Source of the DNA: Guillardia theta CCMP2712
Taxonomy: Eukaryota; Protista; Cryptophyta
Assembly (NCBI RefSeq): GCF_000315625.1
Contig: NW_005434656.1
Span: 1-64,000, forward strand
Direction: 5' to 3'
DNA: 64,000 nt
The number at the start of each line of letters is the position of its first letter. Position 1 is the stretch's first letter. Below the pieces are notes generated by a model that was not told where the DNA came from, made no database searches, and was given only the letters and a program-made list of their open reading frames with translations. Below are positions 35,172-48,952 of the stretch, piece after piece. A program made the position numbers and the translations under genes.

Positions 35172-36937
35172 CAGCGAAAATGCTCAAATGTAACCTCGAT
35201 GTCTGTCGGTCTGACGAGGTTTTCTGTAGTGTCATAGTTGGTAGCAAACTCTCCTTTCGCCATCTTTGCAGGTTCGATGGGAGGATGTAACTAGATTCTG
35301 CAAACTACTCCAGGGAGCCGAGGGCTGGTCAACCAATGGGATATCACTGCTGGAGAAGGGAAGGAGATGGGGGGTAGGGAGCAGGCAGGGTCAGAATCGT
35401 TCGGATCAGGACTCCTGCTGCAGGCAAGGGGAGGAAGAGGCAGGAGTGGTTCTAAAAGGGATTCTACATACGCGTATGGTAATTAATTTTGAAACTTTGT
35501 AGTCAACTAAAAACACTCAATAATCAAATTATGAAAGAAAATTTCAATATTCAATAAATTTAGCAGTCGTCTGCTCGTAAGCTCTAATTGAAAGATTCCC
35601 GAAAATAGAACATGGCAGCGACAGAAGTTTCAAACATTGCTGAACGTAGAACGTCGTCGAGAAGCAGTTGTCAAGACAACTGGTCATGACATGAACGTCA
35701 TGATAGCACAGATACTTTGTCCTGTATAAATACCTTGTCTATCACAAACATATCAGAGCAAAGCTGATATACCAACTTTTGCAAAGATTTTTGCAAAGAT
35801 GCGCGATGGATGTGACATCAACATTCAGCGTGAGATACAAGAATCAATGCCTGCTTTCTCTCAGCTACTTTGAACCACACGCTTCCAGTTTTCTCAACGA
35901 TGGGCTGAGATCGAGTCCAAAAAGTGAGACCAGGAATGAGAGAATTGAGAAGAAACGTCCTGTAGCTGTGAGGGACAGTCGTAGGTACCATCCATGTCGG
36001 GTTGCTGGTGTTCAGCTTGATTGCATGGATTCCGATATGAAATGTATTTTACCTCTGGTAAGAGGATATTAGCCATGAAAACAGACTTCAACAATAGTTC
36101 GTTTTTCCCTTCATATACACATCCATGTCTACTTTCTGTTATTAAAATTTTTCCCGTGCCAATGTTACTCTACATTCTGCCTCGTCTCTTTCGAACTTCG
36201 AGGTATCAGACGAGTAGATACTCCTGTTTCAGTGGAGCGAAATCATCTCTTCATGAGCAACGAAGTTCCAACCCTTGCTTCTCAGTCTAACAAGCCTTTC
36301 GTTGAGAACCTCACGCGCAATGCAATCACCTTGGAAACTATTTCAGGATTTCCTCCCGATTTCATTTTTACACTGTCCACGGAGCTGAACTCATTTCATC
36401 TCCTTATGCTGATCTCTGATGAGCCAGAAGAGAGGTTTGGTCATCGAACTTCCTTACTTGTTTCCTTCACATCTCAATTCCCATGTGTGTTTCCCTCGCA
36501 TACCAACATCGAGCTGTGAGTTCTTCAAAGATCAAGTCGTGGCATCTTATAGCCTTCATCTCCTTGATCGCATGTGGTACACGTCCTCCTCCTGCTCACC
36601 TGCTCCTCCTGCTTGCGATGTTCCGTTATTTGATGATGTAACGAATATACCACATCCCCCCGCAGATCCCAGTCAATGGCAAGGGGGCACATGCTGGTCG
36701 ACAGCAGGCAGGAGAGGGCGGAGGAGGAGAGGAGGAAGATGCGGTGAGGCAAGACGAGGACGAGAACACGAAGTGCTGAGTGACTTTGAATGTCTCTGAT
36801 GATGATCATGAGCCGCCTCTCCATGCATGCCGCCAGCACATGTCAAACCCAACGGTGCTGATGCCGGCCGGGCGCTGAGACTGGAATATGATCGTCTTGT
36901 TATAACACAACCAAAACACACAACATGGCGGAATCAG

Positions 36938-39844
36938 ATGTCAACCCCAAGAGGGGCCAGCGCCAGGCGACCACCACCAAGGCAAGTGGGAAGAGAGGAG
37001 CCGCTGGTGAGACTGACTGACGTGCAGGTCATCATGACGGCCACGCCGAAGCATGTGCTGGGAGGAGAGACAGGTGAGACAAGCTCCATCCGTCCTTTAC
37101 GTGCTCGCACTGATGACGGGGATACTTCTCAGTGACGGTCACATGGGGGGTCACCGAAGGCAACGCAGGTAACTTGAGGGGAGCTTGCTAGATCACCTGA
37201 CTGCCATCAGATGTGCTGGACTGGATTGGACTCTTCCGTGAAGAGGACGACGACAGTCATCCTATCAAGAGCTGTTACGTCAAAGGAAACCGGCGAGGTG
37301 AGTACCCTCACCCCCCCTGCTGCTGCGCGCAAGTTGTTGAAGCACTGGGGTCATCACAGGAGGGGAGTGGAGTGTGGCAGCGCCCAAGGAATGTGGGAGA
37401 TACGTCTTTCGATTCATCAAGGCAAGAGACGCATGTTATGCTCCTCCTTCTCTGATGTTCTCTCACCTCACAGTCTCTCTTTCCCTACGATGCCATCAAC
37501 AAGAATTATTTGGTCCTGCAACGAAGCAACGCCTGGGAGGTCCTCCAGGCATCGTCACGAGACAGTGTAGCAGCGAGCGGCGATCTGCACTCGTCGTCAG
37601 ACTCAGTGCTTCCTTCCTCTTCCCACTCCCCGAGCTCCCTCAACCCCGACGGACTCGTCAGCCCGTCAGCCTGGATGACCTTCAGTCCTCGGCATGCGAT
37701 AGGAAGCGGCCATCACCGCGCTGCTGTTGCTGCTTGGCTCCGGAAGCACCTTGCCGGAGACGCAGGCGAAGTGAGCTCAGTCTCGCTAGAGGATGCTGTT
37801 GCTCTCTCCTACTCCTGTGAAGACTGGCTGCAAGCAAGGGACCTCAGTCATCGACTGGCTGCTGCGGCGGACCAGCCCGGGTACAGCAGGAGACTGGTAT
37901 GAGTTGGAGAGATGTGGTGCAACAGTGACGTTGACGTCAGGTGGTGGAGGCTGGTGGCGTCGGGGCTCTGCTGCATCTGATGAAGCGATGGGATGCGAGC
38001 ACGCAGCTGCTGTGCTTGAAGGCTCTCTTGCGGCTCATGACGTTTGTTCCTCCTCTCTTCGGAGGTATGCATGACCTCAGCAAACGCATGCTCTCCTTCG
38101 GCGCAGACTGGCCGCACGGAGATCGTCTGTCCCCAGCCTGCATGGCTGAAGCCGGCTTCTACTCGCTTCCTCTTGAGGCGGGCTCTGATCGCGTCGTCTG
38201 CTTCTCCTGCTCCCTCGTCTTGGAGTCGTGGGAGCACGACGAGCCGCCCGAGCAGCTCCATCACACGCACTCGCCGCTGTGCCCCTTCCTCTCCTGGCCC
38301 AACAAAGTCAGTGGAGACGCGCAGAGGACGAGACATCACCTGAACCACTCCAAGTCCATGAACGACCTGTCCCCAGAGCATCGTGAGGACCACCACATGG
38401 CAGGGTTGTTCCCGTCCTCTCCGGCAGACTCCGACGAAGCAGGCGGTGTAGGAGTGCTGGAGATGAAGTCAAAGAGCTCGGCGATGGAGGTGCTGCGAGC
38501 GTCAGTGGCGTCGGTGTCGAGGATGATCCTGGAGTCAGCGGAAGCGGAGGAGGCGCTCTCTGCCGTTGCATCCTCCAGCGACCGGGGCGTCTTGCGATCG
38601 TTTCTGCTCTTCATGGCGGATCTCGCTTGCGTCACTGGCCGCCATCCTCACTTTGCGGCTCTCTGCCTGCCCAAGATTCTCATCGGGATGCAGTCCAAGG
38701 ACGAAGAATGCCTCCTGCACATCTGCGAAGCTCTCCGACAGCTCGTCCTGCAGCCGCCGTGCCGGTGAAGATCGCGTGACTTGAACATGAAACGTCTGTG
38801 ACTCTTTCACTCGCAGGAAGCTTTTGCGCACAGAAGAGGGGATGGAGGCGATCAACTTGCTCATCAACTTCTTGCCCAAGTGGTCGGCGAGGAGCAGAGA
38901 GCAGGGGCGTCAGGGCGTGGGAGTATGGCAGACGCTGTTGCAGCATGCGCTCGTGGTGCTAGAGTTCACGTTGCGCTCAGCAGTGGAGGAGGGAGGAGTG
39001 TGCGATGCAGAGTCCTCCATCTTCTGCGTGCTGAGGGATGCACTACCGGAGCAGATCGAAGTTCAGCGAGCTGCGCTGGGATGTCTCATCACGTTGGCAG
39101 AGTACGGGTTAGCCCCTGCCCCATACATGGAGAACCACAAGGACCTTGAGAAGCTCGTCACCATGAGCGTGCGAGGAGGCGACCTGAACATCCGCACGAG
39201 AGCAGCTTGCGTGCTCGCAGCTCAGTGCTCGAGGAGGCCACAGGCGTACCTGGAGATCGCGGAGATCGGGTTGCATGACAACGATGGAGACGGGATGGAA
39301 GGGATCGCTGCTGTGCTCTGGCTTGCGCGAGACACGAGAAGTCAAGGAGCCAACGGAGCTGACGTGGTCTCGCAGAGGTTCGTCGCTCACTGCATCGAGC
39401 GCATGGCCTTTGCTGCCAAGTTGGACGAGAACCTGCTGGTCTCTCTGCTCAAGCTTGGCGTCGACGAGCAGCTCGCAAGAGAAGCGTACTACTACGGCGG
39501 GAGGACGTTGGAATGTGCCTTGTCATGGCTTGCCGGAGCTCGCACCTCAGTAGACACGCTTCCTTCTAAAGATATCTCGATCGACTTCCCCAAGCTCTTC
39601 TTGAGCCGTGGAGGACTAGAGTGTAAGCGACATGCATCTTTCCTCTTTCCTCTTCTCTTTCCTCTCCTCATTTCTCCCCACTTGTTCGATTCTCCTCGTG
39701 CTCGTCTGATGTCACGGCAGGCATCGCCGAGATGATGCAGGAGGAGGACGGAGAGATTCAAAACTTACTATGGCGAGCACTCTACTTCCTTACCCTCGAT
39801 GTCTCCAGCTGTTTCAATATCCTGCGATCGAAGGTTCATATTAT

Positions 39845-39884
<40 letters not shown>

Positions 39885-42814
39885 TCTCTCCTCCTTGGAG
39901 TGGTGGTGATAGGGCGCACTCCACCTGCCCTTGCCTTACCCTGACCTGACCCACGCTGATCGCTTATTTGTTAGATTGGGTACGAGTGGATCCTACCGCA
40001 CGTTGCAGGTTGGGAAGCAGCAGCCTGCTCCGAGAACTTTCTGCGTGTGCTGGGGAACTTGTGCGTGGACGCGGAGACGTGCTCGTCTCTGACCTCCCAC
40101 GGGCTCGTTAGCATGTACTCGTCGGTAGTGGCATGCTTGTCCTCCCGCGATGCTTCCAGAGCCAACGCCTGCGCCAAGGGCCTCTACCATGTGGTGCTGC
40201 ACGCTCAGTTCCACACCGGGGAGCAGCTGGACGCCTGGTGGCCAGCAGACTCTGATCACGGGGGTGCGGCAGCGCTGCTGAAGCTGTGCTCGTTCCACAA
40301 GGATGCCTCTACTCAGCGGTGGACAGCGATGGCTCTCTACAGCCTCACGCAGAAAGCGACGGAGCTGGGCTGGAACGCGCTGATGGAGTACATCATCGCT
40401 CAGAAGGGGGTGCAGAGTCTCCTCCTCCTCGTCTACAGTGAGAACGCGGAAGTCTCGAGTTACGCCATGAGCACCATCGCCGTCCTTTCAAAGGCAGACG
40501 CCCCTGTGTTCCCCGGGCCGGGAGAGAACCCGTCGCATGCTCCAGCCAAGCGCGCGCTCTTCATGGCAGGAGTGATGTGGTGCGTGCACAAGCTGTGGCG
40601 AGATGGGAACCTGGACATGCAGCTAGCGGTGGCAGTGATTGTCTGCAACTTGGGCACCAACAACGAGAACCTGGCGGACATGATGAGCGGGAGCGACGAG
40701 CTGCTTGAGATTCTCTTCTTCTTCATCGCCCTCTGCAACGACCCCGCCCGGGTCGAGGAGGCTTCGGTAGCCCGCAAGGACGGCAACCTCCTCTCCAGCA
40801 TCTCCAAGGCGCAGGCGGCCAGGGAGATGAAACTGAGCTGCGTCTTCCTGCTCGGCAAGATCCTCGCGCTCGAAGTGTTTCACGCTCGTTTCCTCAGCCT
40901 CGGTGGCCTCGGGGTCTGGACGGAGCTGGCGAAGAGAGAGGCCGAGCCCGCCATGGCGATCCTGATCGCCCAGGGGTTCGAGGCCCTCGCGCGAGATGCC
41001 AACATAACGCGTATCCTCAACGACAACTCGATCAAGCAGGTGGTGAAGGACCTGCTGCGAAGACACGACGACAACGACATCGACGCTGCTGTGGAACGAG
41101 TGCTGGTGCTGCTCTCAGAGAGCAGAGAGCATCGAGGCGAGCATGCTGAGGGTGAGGAACGGGATCACCCCGAGCATGCAGCCCATCATGCCCATCCTGC
41201 AGGATGGAGGATAACGTGCTTCCGACGCTCTACAAATGAGGAGGAGGAGGAGGAGGAAACTTGGAAATTTCGCATGGAGGAGGCGTTTAACTTTGACGAG
41301 CTGCTCACGCGGATCCGTCAGAAGTTCGGGAGCAGCCTGCTGCTTACCTATCAGGACGAGGACGAAGACTGGAAGGTGCTATCCTGCAGCCGAGAGCTGC
41401 ACCAGGCCTTGTCGCTGGCGAAGAGGAGGGGAAGGAAGGAGCTCAAGATCACCGTCGTGACTCCTCCCAAGATGCAGAGCGACGGCGAGACAGCGAGAGG
41501 AGAGGACAAGGAGGTAAATCAGGAGGTTAACCCCTGGCTCTCGGCCTCCGCAGAGAGGTCGGATGCAGCTGGAGGGCCGCGAGTGACGCCCAGCAAGTCC
41601 GTGACGATCAGCAAGCTCTGTGACAGCAGCCCCAACTTCAGCGGCTCCGGCAAGAAGCTGCTGCGATGGCGACTCGGTCGCCTGATTGGGGAAGGAGCGT
41701 ACGCGCAGGTGTACCAGGGGATTAACGCGGACTCGGGGGAGCTGATGGCGGTGAAGCAAATCTTCTTCTCTGAGGTGAGCTTCCAAGACAACAAGAAGAA
41801 GCGCACGGAGGCCATCAGGGCCCTGCAGCGGGAGATCGACGTGATGAAGATGCTGCAGCACGACAACATCGTCAAGTACCTGGGGACCGAGACCGACGAG
41901 GGTCGGCTCAACATCTTCCTCGAGTACGTCTCGGGTGGGAGCATCGCCTCCCTCATCGCCAACTTCGGAGCGCTGGACGAGCCTGTGGTGAGGAAGTACA
42001 CGAGGCAGATCCTCATCGGCCTCGAGTTCCTCCACAGCAAGGGAGTCGTGCATTGCGACATCAAGGGAGGCAATATCCTTGTCACGGAGGACGGCATTAT
42101 TAAGTGCGTATTTCTGCCCTCCTGCTCATCTTCTCCTCCTTGCCTCTCGTGTCCTCCATTCCTCTTCTCCTCCCTTCTCTTCCTCTCTCCTCCATGTTCT
42201 CCTCCGTTCCCCCCACTGCGTTCCTCTTCTACTCCTCTTCCTCCTCGCTTCCTCCGGCCATCACTATCTACCTCCTCGTTACACCTCCTCCTTTCACTCG
42301 ACCTCACTCCGCTCCCTTCTCTCTTCTGACCTCTCATCGCAGGCTCGCCGACTTCAACTCCTCCAAGTACCTTGACAGCATCACAGGAGGCGGCTCGAAC
42401 CCTCTCAAGAGCCTCCTCGGGACCCCGCAGTTCATGGCGCCCGAGGTGATTCGGCAGACGGGGCACGGCAAGAAGGCGGACATCTGGTCAGTAGGCTGCA
42501 CGGTGATCCAGATGCTGACTGGGGCGCCGCCATGGGACGAGATATCCAATAAGGTCACGCTCATGTTCCACATCGCCACTGCTCCCAACGGACCTCCCCT
42601 GCCCGATGATCTGCAGGAGGACGCGCGGGACTTTCTGGGCAAGACGTTCAAGCTCGATGCTCGTGAACGCCCTCACTGCGCCGAGCTCCTCAAGTCTAGG
42701 TTTGTCACCCTCCTCGAGGCTGCCGGCGACCCTCCGACCAGCGTCGGCGCAGCACAGCCGCAGCACCACGAGATCGCCCAAGACGAAGACTCGCGGCGGC
42801 CGCCGCTGCTGTGA
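36938..42814 (+). CDS. Multidomain MAP3K (STE11/NPK1-like): SKICH-like, ARM, BIR, UBA, PB1, kinase; 5' end may extend upstream
   Basis: DWIGLF; BIR CFSC-x16-H-x6-C with AEAGFY; UBA LLKLGVDEQLAREA..LECALSWL; PB1 LTYQDEDEDW; WRLGRLIGEGAYAQV..MAVKQI, HCDIKGGNIL, GTPQFMAPE, ADIWSVGC. Confidence 0.88.
39845..39882. repeat. Intronic microsatellite (CCTCGT)x6
   Basis: Direct reading. Confidence 0.9.
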
Positions 42815-45240
42815 ACTTGACAGTGACTTCACAGTGAGCAGCTGGATTGCCGCAACCGTCTTGATGCCTTCAAAACGTGGAGCGGTGGTTTCTTCTTAGT
42901 AGCTTCAAGTTGGCGGCAGTACTATCGGTGGCCGCACCGTCTGCAGTGAGTTGACCGTCACGGCCGCGCCCCCCGATCGGACTCGACTCAAACGTGACGT
43001 GACTTTCTAGTGAGTGAGTGAAATTCGAGACTGACTCGGGCCGTGTCCGATCAGAGTCTTTCACAGATTTAAAAGTTTGATTAAAGTGTTTGTAACTTCA
43101 CGGGTGGGCCCTAAAGGTGGGGGCGCCCGCTCAGCGGCTCGGTGACCGGGTCCTATCCGGCGTCCCGGGAGTCCGCTGCCGCTGCCACAGACGGTGAGGC
43201 TCGGAAGCCGGCCCGCCCTCTAGACTGAGAATCTTCCGAGCCGGTCCCCCGGGCCGGACCGTACGGCGGACAGTTGTTCCGGCGCCTCTCGTCGGCCAGT
43301 GTCACCGTCACGGTGACAGCCCCGGCCCGGCGCCGCTTCAAGCAGTGGACAGGCGTGGGTCGGATGGTCACTCACGTGCATGGCATAACGTTTTCATAAC
43401 GGCATGATGAGGCCCTTCTTGCGACCCATCCCAGATGAAAGCAGGTAAATGGGAATAGGGTAGGTAGTATCGCTTGATACCCCTCATATTGTAGTGTTAT
43501 GAAGGGGTATTCAGTTGACGTGTATTGATACAGTTAGGTAGGTGGGTAGCCTTGCAACCCATCCATGACAACCTGCTGACATAAAGAGAAGCTTTTATGG
43601 TTAAACACGCAACGTATCGAAGCTGAGTTAAAACATTGTATACTGACCCACCCGAATCGTACCAGATTGAACAGCTGGTTACATCCGTTTCCGGATTGCT
43701 CCGTAAAGGCCGTGGGTGTTAGCCGTGTCCTAGGATACCGAAATTAGTAGGTATGGGTCCTAGGAATACCACATTGGGGGGGACCAGTAGGTGGAATAAG
43801 TGAGACAAGTCTGCCTCACTGATGAGAAATAGGAGGAAAGAGGGCAGAGTTTGAGTCATATAGACTTTGACTTCATGTCTGGTGTCAGATGATAGTCCGA
43901 TCAGCAGGAGATCGAAAGGAGATCCGGAGGGGCAGCGTGACCCTCCAATTCTCCTCAAGTTTCACCTGGGGCTTCCGTGTTGGCAAGTTGTTACCCTACC
44001 ATAAATTTCATATAGCCTGATTTCAAGGGCCCGATACCTATGGCCCTGTCTTCCCACCCTTGCTTTTGGCTATAATACATTTTTAAAAGAATCTGTTGAT
44101 CGCGTGATTCTCCTCCTCTGATCCCGTGACACAGTTTACAATCCATTCACTACCCCACCTCCTGGCATCCTCGACCACCCAGACAATTATCTTGCCTTTC
44201 TGACCTACAATCCTTGAGGATAGATGTGATCGATTATTACATAATATACTTCCCAGTAAATGAGTAGTGATGGCAAGCACGATTGACATGACCCAGATTG
44301 CAGTACCCCTACTAACAAACGCTTCACCACCCTCCCATTGTTTGTTTACTACACGGCCAGTCATTCCTTGCACACGGAATGAGCATGCTGTTCGTACCAC
44401 CCCTCAACCCTGCACCCCATTTCAATAATATCCACCCGTACTGTGCCCTTCTTTTCAAGGCCGGTTGCGTCTTGGAGTCGGGCATGGCTGAGAGACTCTT
44501 TACCGAGGTGTGGGAACCACTGTTATGGCGGTCTCCTGAAGGTTCTGGATACATCGCAACCAAACCAGGTGTCACTACCCCCCTCTGATCACCCCCTACC
44601 CCTTGTTTGAAGAAACTTTCAGCCCGGAATCTTAGGTATCTATCCAAACGCCGGGTCAAGAGAACGATGGGGTCCGTGAACAGGTTCGAATTTCTCTCGC
44701 AAAGTACCGGTGGATATCATAAGAAAAGGAGGGGGTCCTTGTGTCCCCCATCAGTGGGTCACATGGGCAGTATAAATAACTAGCATGGCAGCAGCACGTA
44801 ACCTACTTTTTGAGGGTGGGGGTTAAAGGAGTACCCATCTAAATTAGTAAACATACCGGGTCATTACCCAGTCTTTCTGTCATTCTCAACGAGAAGAGGA
44901 GGGGGGTGGTGCTCTGGAATGCTAGTGCCATGCCGAGACCGTGACTGGCAAGAACTGGTCACGATGCCACTCCTCCTGTCCCCTACTTCTTCCTCCCCGT
45001 ATCCGCTTCTCCTTCGCTGTTCTCCCTCCCATCACCCCGCGTTGCTGTGACCACCCTCTGTTGCTCTCTGAACCTTGACCTTGCTACTATCTCGCTCAGT
45101 GTACATCTGCATTTTGATATAGTTTGTCGATAGAACCCTTGCACAGCTAGCTCCTCTAGGAAAGTTCGAATCTTGTGCATAAGTGTTCCGTCGTCGTCTT
45201 CCCCCCTAAGCACGAACTCACGTCGTCGAAGTTGTATCCC

Positions 45241-46518
45241 ATGGTGGAATCTGTCGATCTCTGGTTGGAGAATCATCTTGCCTTCGGCGATGGTGAGGTG
45301 GCCATTTGTTTGATTCAATGCTTCTGATCCGCGCTTGGCAGATTCGTTTGGTCTTTTCGACGCAGTATCTGATGACAACAATGCAACACGAATGCCGAAC
45401 GCGAAGCAGTTCGATGATATCTTCAACATGCCCATTGGTCAGAACAAGAACGGCGATGAGGATTTGTTTCCTGAATCTCTCACCTTCGACGAGGAAGGCA
45501 AAGAACTCCTCGAGGTAGAGTACCAAGCCACTCCTTTGTTTTCTGAGTGGACTAATAGGTTCGTCGCTTTCGGCAGATTCCTTTAGATCTCGAGAGCTGG
45601 GGTTCTTCAAGCGGCTCGTCTGTCAACACAACTCTTGCGCAACTTCCTCGAAACATTGAGGAGGAGCAAATGAAGCTTTTGAACCAGAGCAGTGTCGCAG
45701 CCGCAATGTCGTCAACAAGGGCCCCCCGTCCAGAAGAATTCATGGAATTTCGAACCCCAAGCCTGATGCCCAAAGAATTTATGCGAGCTTACCCTTGCAT
45801 GCCTCCTAAAATGGAAGAGAAGGTCTTCCAGAGCACTATGGCGCAGCAGCAGCCAACATATGGATTCGTCAAACACGAGCCCGTCCTTCAGCAGCAGTGT
45901 GACTTTGGAACTCAGAGCAAAAACTTTTTTGCGATGCAGAGTGCCCTCAGTGCGCCTCAGTTCTCATCGCCATGGACGGCCCCCTCGGTTGATCGTCACG
46001 TGGTCGATTACCAAGTTTATCCGTCGAACCGTCGGTCTGGGAGGCAGGTTGAAGAGTTTCTGTTCCCGAGTCAGCAGGGCGGAAATCTCGATGTCGGAAG
46101 TAAGAGAGGGTTGTTGAACAGCTCACCGATGAAAGAGGATTCCTCCAAGAGAGCCAAGACTGTCAAGGAAGATTCCAGCCCCGTCAAGTCTGTGAACAAA
46201 GCGTTGGATGGAAGTGACAACAAAGATAACAATGCGAGTTCTCAGCAGATTTTGCTCCCAGTATGCAAATTCTTGAGCAAGCAGACCGGTGCGGCTTGCC
46301 GTGGAAAGCTTAACGTGGTGTCGCACAAGCGAGGACATCTTGCTTGTGCTTGCTCTTCGAGGCATCAGTGGGTCTGGTGCCCTCTTTGCTGCAACTGCCG
46401 TGATGGCGAGACTGGGGACAAGAATGTGAGAGGATGCACTATCCCGACACACTGGTTTGAGAGAGATGCTTTCGACACGGGGAACAGGAACCACATGAAT
46501 GTACATAAGTCGAAATAG
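45241..46518 (+). CDS. Putative transcription factor: acidic N-terminus, Q/S-rich middle, C-terminal Cys/His cluster
   Basis: Introns 45293-45342 and 45514-45576 give one frame; C-terminal VCKF..ACRG..HLACACSSRHQWVWCPLCCNC..GCTIPTHW..NHMNVH. Confidence 0.65.
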
Positions 46519-46621
46519 ATGTGATTAGTGTAAAATACGAGCTCAAAGGTTGAAGATTAACGCTTAGTTTGCAATTCATTACTTGCAAATAAACATCAAG
46601 TTCTCCAAGACTATCAGAACT

Positions 46622-48952
46622 CTAATCTTTCGACTCCATGCCCGCGAATACTTGGTTGAGCTGATTGTGTTCAGATCATATCAGATATTCTGATCTCTCA
46701 CTCGCAGAGTTACCTGTTGGGTAACGCGAATAAAAGTTGTTCTCTTCGACATCTCCTTGAGATACGCGGCTCCCACCTGCACAACCAAGCTATCATCTCT
46801 GTGGGATATTCGGACTCCACCATTGCATCAAGCTCATCGTTCTCTCCCAAGCTCATCGTTCTCTCCTCCCTCGCTCCCTCGCCTTCCTCACATAGGTACA
46901 CGCCGAGCGCAGACCCCCGAGGAGGTCGAGGATGGTCTTTTCCACAGGGCCCCTGTAATCAACCTGCTCCTACCGTAAGAAGAGGAAGGGAAAGGTGCTC
47001 CTGACTGACCTCCACCGTCTTTCCTTCCGAGCTCCTGTACTCCGCGACTCCTCCTGCGTACTTCTTCATGGCGGTATCAGAAGACATGCCTGAAGACTCA
47101 TGGATCAGGAGGAGCGCACAGGAGATCAAGGTTAGGAGGACCGTAGAACAATTTGCGCTTCTTTCCGTTCTTCTCGATCAGCTCCCCAGCACACTCGTCG
47201 TGCCCTGCAAGCATTCCGCCGAGCATCACAAAATCTGCTCCTCCTCCGAAAGCCTTGGCAACATCGCTGCGAATTGTGTCATCCTCTTCTTCTTCCTATA
47301 TATTCTCACCAGGGCAGACACACCCTCCGTCGGAGATGATGTGGCCACCAAGACCATGCGCGGCATCGGCACACTCGATCACTTGGGGAAGAACCGGAAA
47401 CAAGTCAACAGATGCCATCGCGCTCCTTCTCCTTTTCCTTCTCCTTCTCTTTCTCTTTCTCCTTCTCGTTGTCCATCTCCATCTCCTTGTCCTTCTCCTG
47501 CCTTCTCTGCTTCTTTTCTCTTTCAATGCCATGGCCATTTTTCCACGCCCCTCCTCTTTCCCCTCCATCTTTGTTGAGTACCAGCTGAGAGCTGGGGATA
47601 TCCAACGCCAGTCTGCTTGCGGGTAGTGCAGACAGAGCCGGGACCGATGCCAACCTGAAATAAGTTGAGACAGCAGAAGATAAGGGAAAGTGAGGAAGAG
47701 CAGACGAAGGAAAAGAAGTCAGAGACTCAGGTAAGGCAACGAGGAGAGGACAGAGGAGGAAGGACGAGAGGCAATTGAGCATGCTTTGTACCTTGACGAT
47801 GTCAGCACCACTGAGAATGAGCTCTTCTGTCATCTCCCCGGTGACGACATTCCCTGTCAGTCCTCAGCTACGAGTCTTCTTGAGCTGCACGAACCGGCGA
47901 GGATGATGTGGTTGGGAAACTGTTGCCGAACCTTACGGACATACCTGCCATCCTGTCAGGAGACGAGGCCGAGGGGGTCAAGGAGTTCAACACGTACTCG
48001 ACAAACATCTCAGAGTATCCGTTTGCGACGTCAAGGCAGATCATGCGGATGGGGGTGGCGGCGAGCTGCAAAAGCAGTCACGTGTCAAGGGGGAATACAG
48101 TGTAGAGGGAAGGTGGGAGAGAAATACCACAGCACAGAGCCGCTCATAGTCGCTGTCGCTTGCCCCGCTGCTTGCCGCAACGAAGTTCATGCACTCGGGG
48201 TTGTTCTTGGCAAACTCTACCCACTGAGAGAAAAACGATCAGAACTGGCATGCTCATAGAGTCGTGCCTGCCTCCTCCACTGAGAAATGCTTGCTCATGG
48301 CCACGATGGTCCTGTGCTTTGCCATGACCTGCAATGTCATCAACATCCCGCCCTCCTCCTCCTCCTCCTCCTCCTCCCGTCACCTTCGCCATCTCAAAGG
48401 TTCCAGTCGTGTCCATGTTGGCGGCAATGATAGGAACTCCTTCCCATGTCTGCTTGCTGCGACGAGACACGTCTCAAGGTCGAACAGAGATTCAAGAGAA
48501 GGTTGTAGAGGAGGGAGAGAGGAGGGGGGAGAAAGAGGGGCAGGAGAGTACCTGTTTCTGAACGTGTACTTGCGATCAAGCGAGACCTCAGACCTGGAGC
48601 GAAGGGTCGAGCGCTTCGGGCGGATGAGCACATCCTGACAAGAGCGAAGAAAAAAAAAATCAAGAGGGTTCAACAAGCGCTCGACAGAAAGACATTCCAA
48701 GGTGCACGAAATGAACTAGAACCCTAAGTCTTGCATCTTCAGTAGGAGGTAGCGAAAAGAATCATGCATTGCTCAACGGATTCGGCTTTCCGCCGCTCCA
48801 AAAAAATGGTAAAGGAAGTACATGGGGAAATAGGATAGCTGCTCGCTAGGAAGGGAGCATGAAGCAAACAAACCGAGCAAGAGGTTGATGTGCATGATGA
48901 ATTAGAAATAGCCCACCTTGAAGTCAAGCTTCAGCTCGTTCTCGATGTGCAT
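46622..48952 (-). CDS. GMPR: GMP reductase
   Basis: [73 protein letters not shown]. Confidence 0.96.

Noticed and set aside
35612-36800. Possible additional gene or 5' exons of the MAP3K
   Set aside because: Exon-like pieces present but no consistent frame or motif could be assembled by eye
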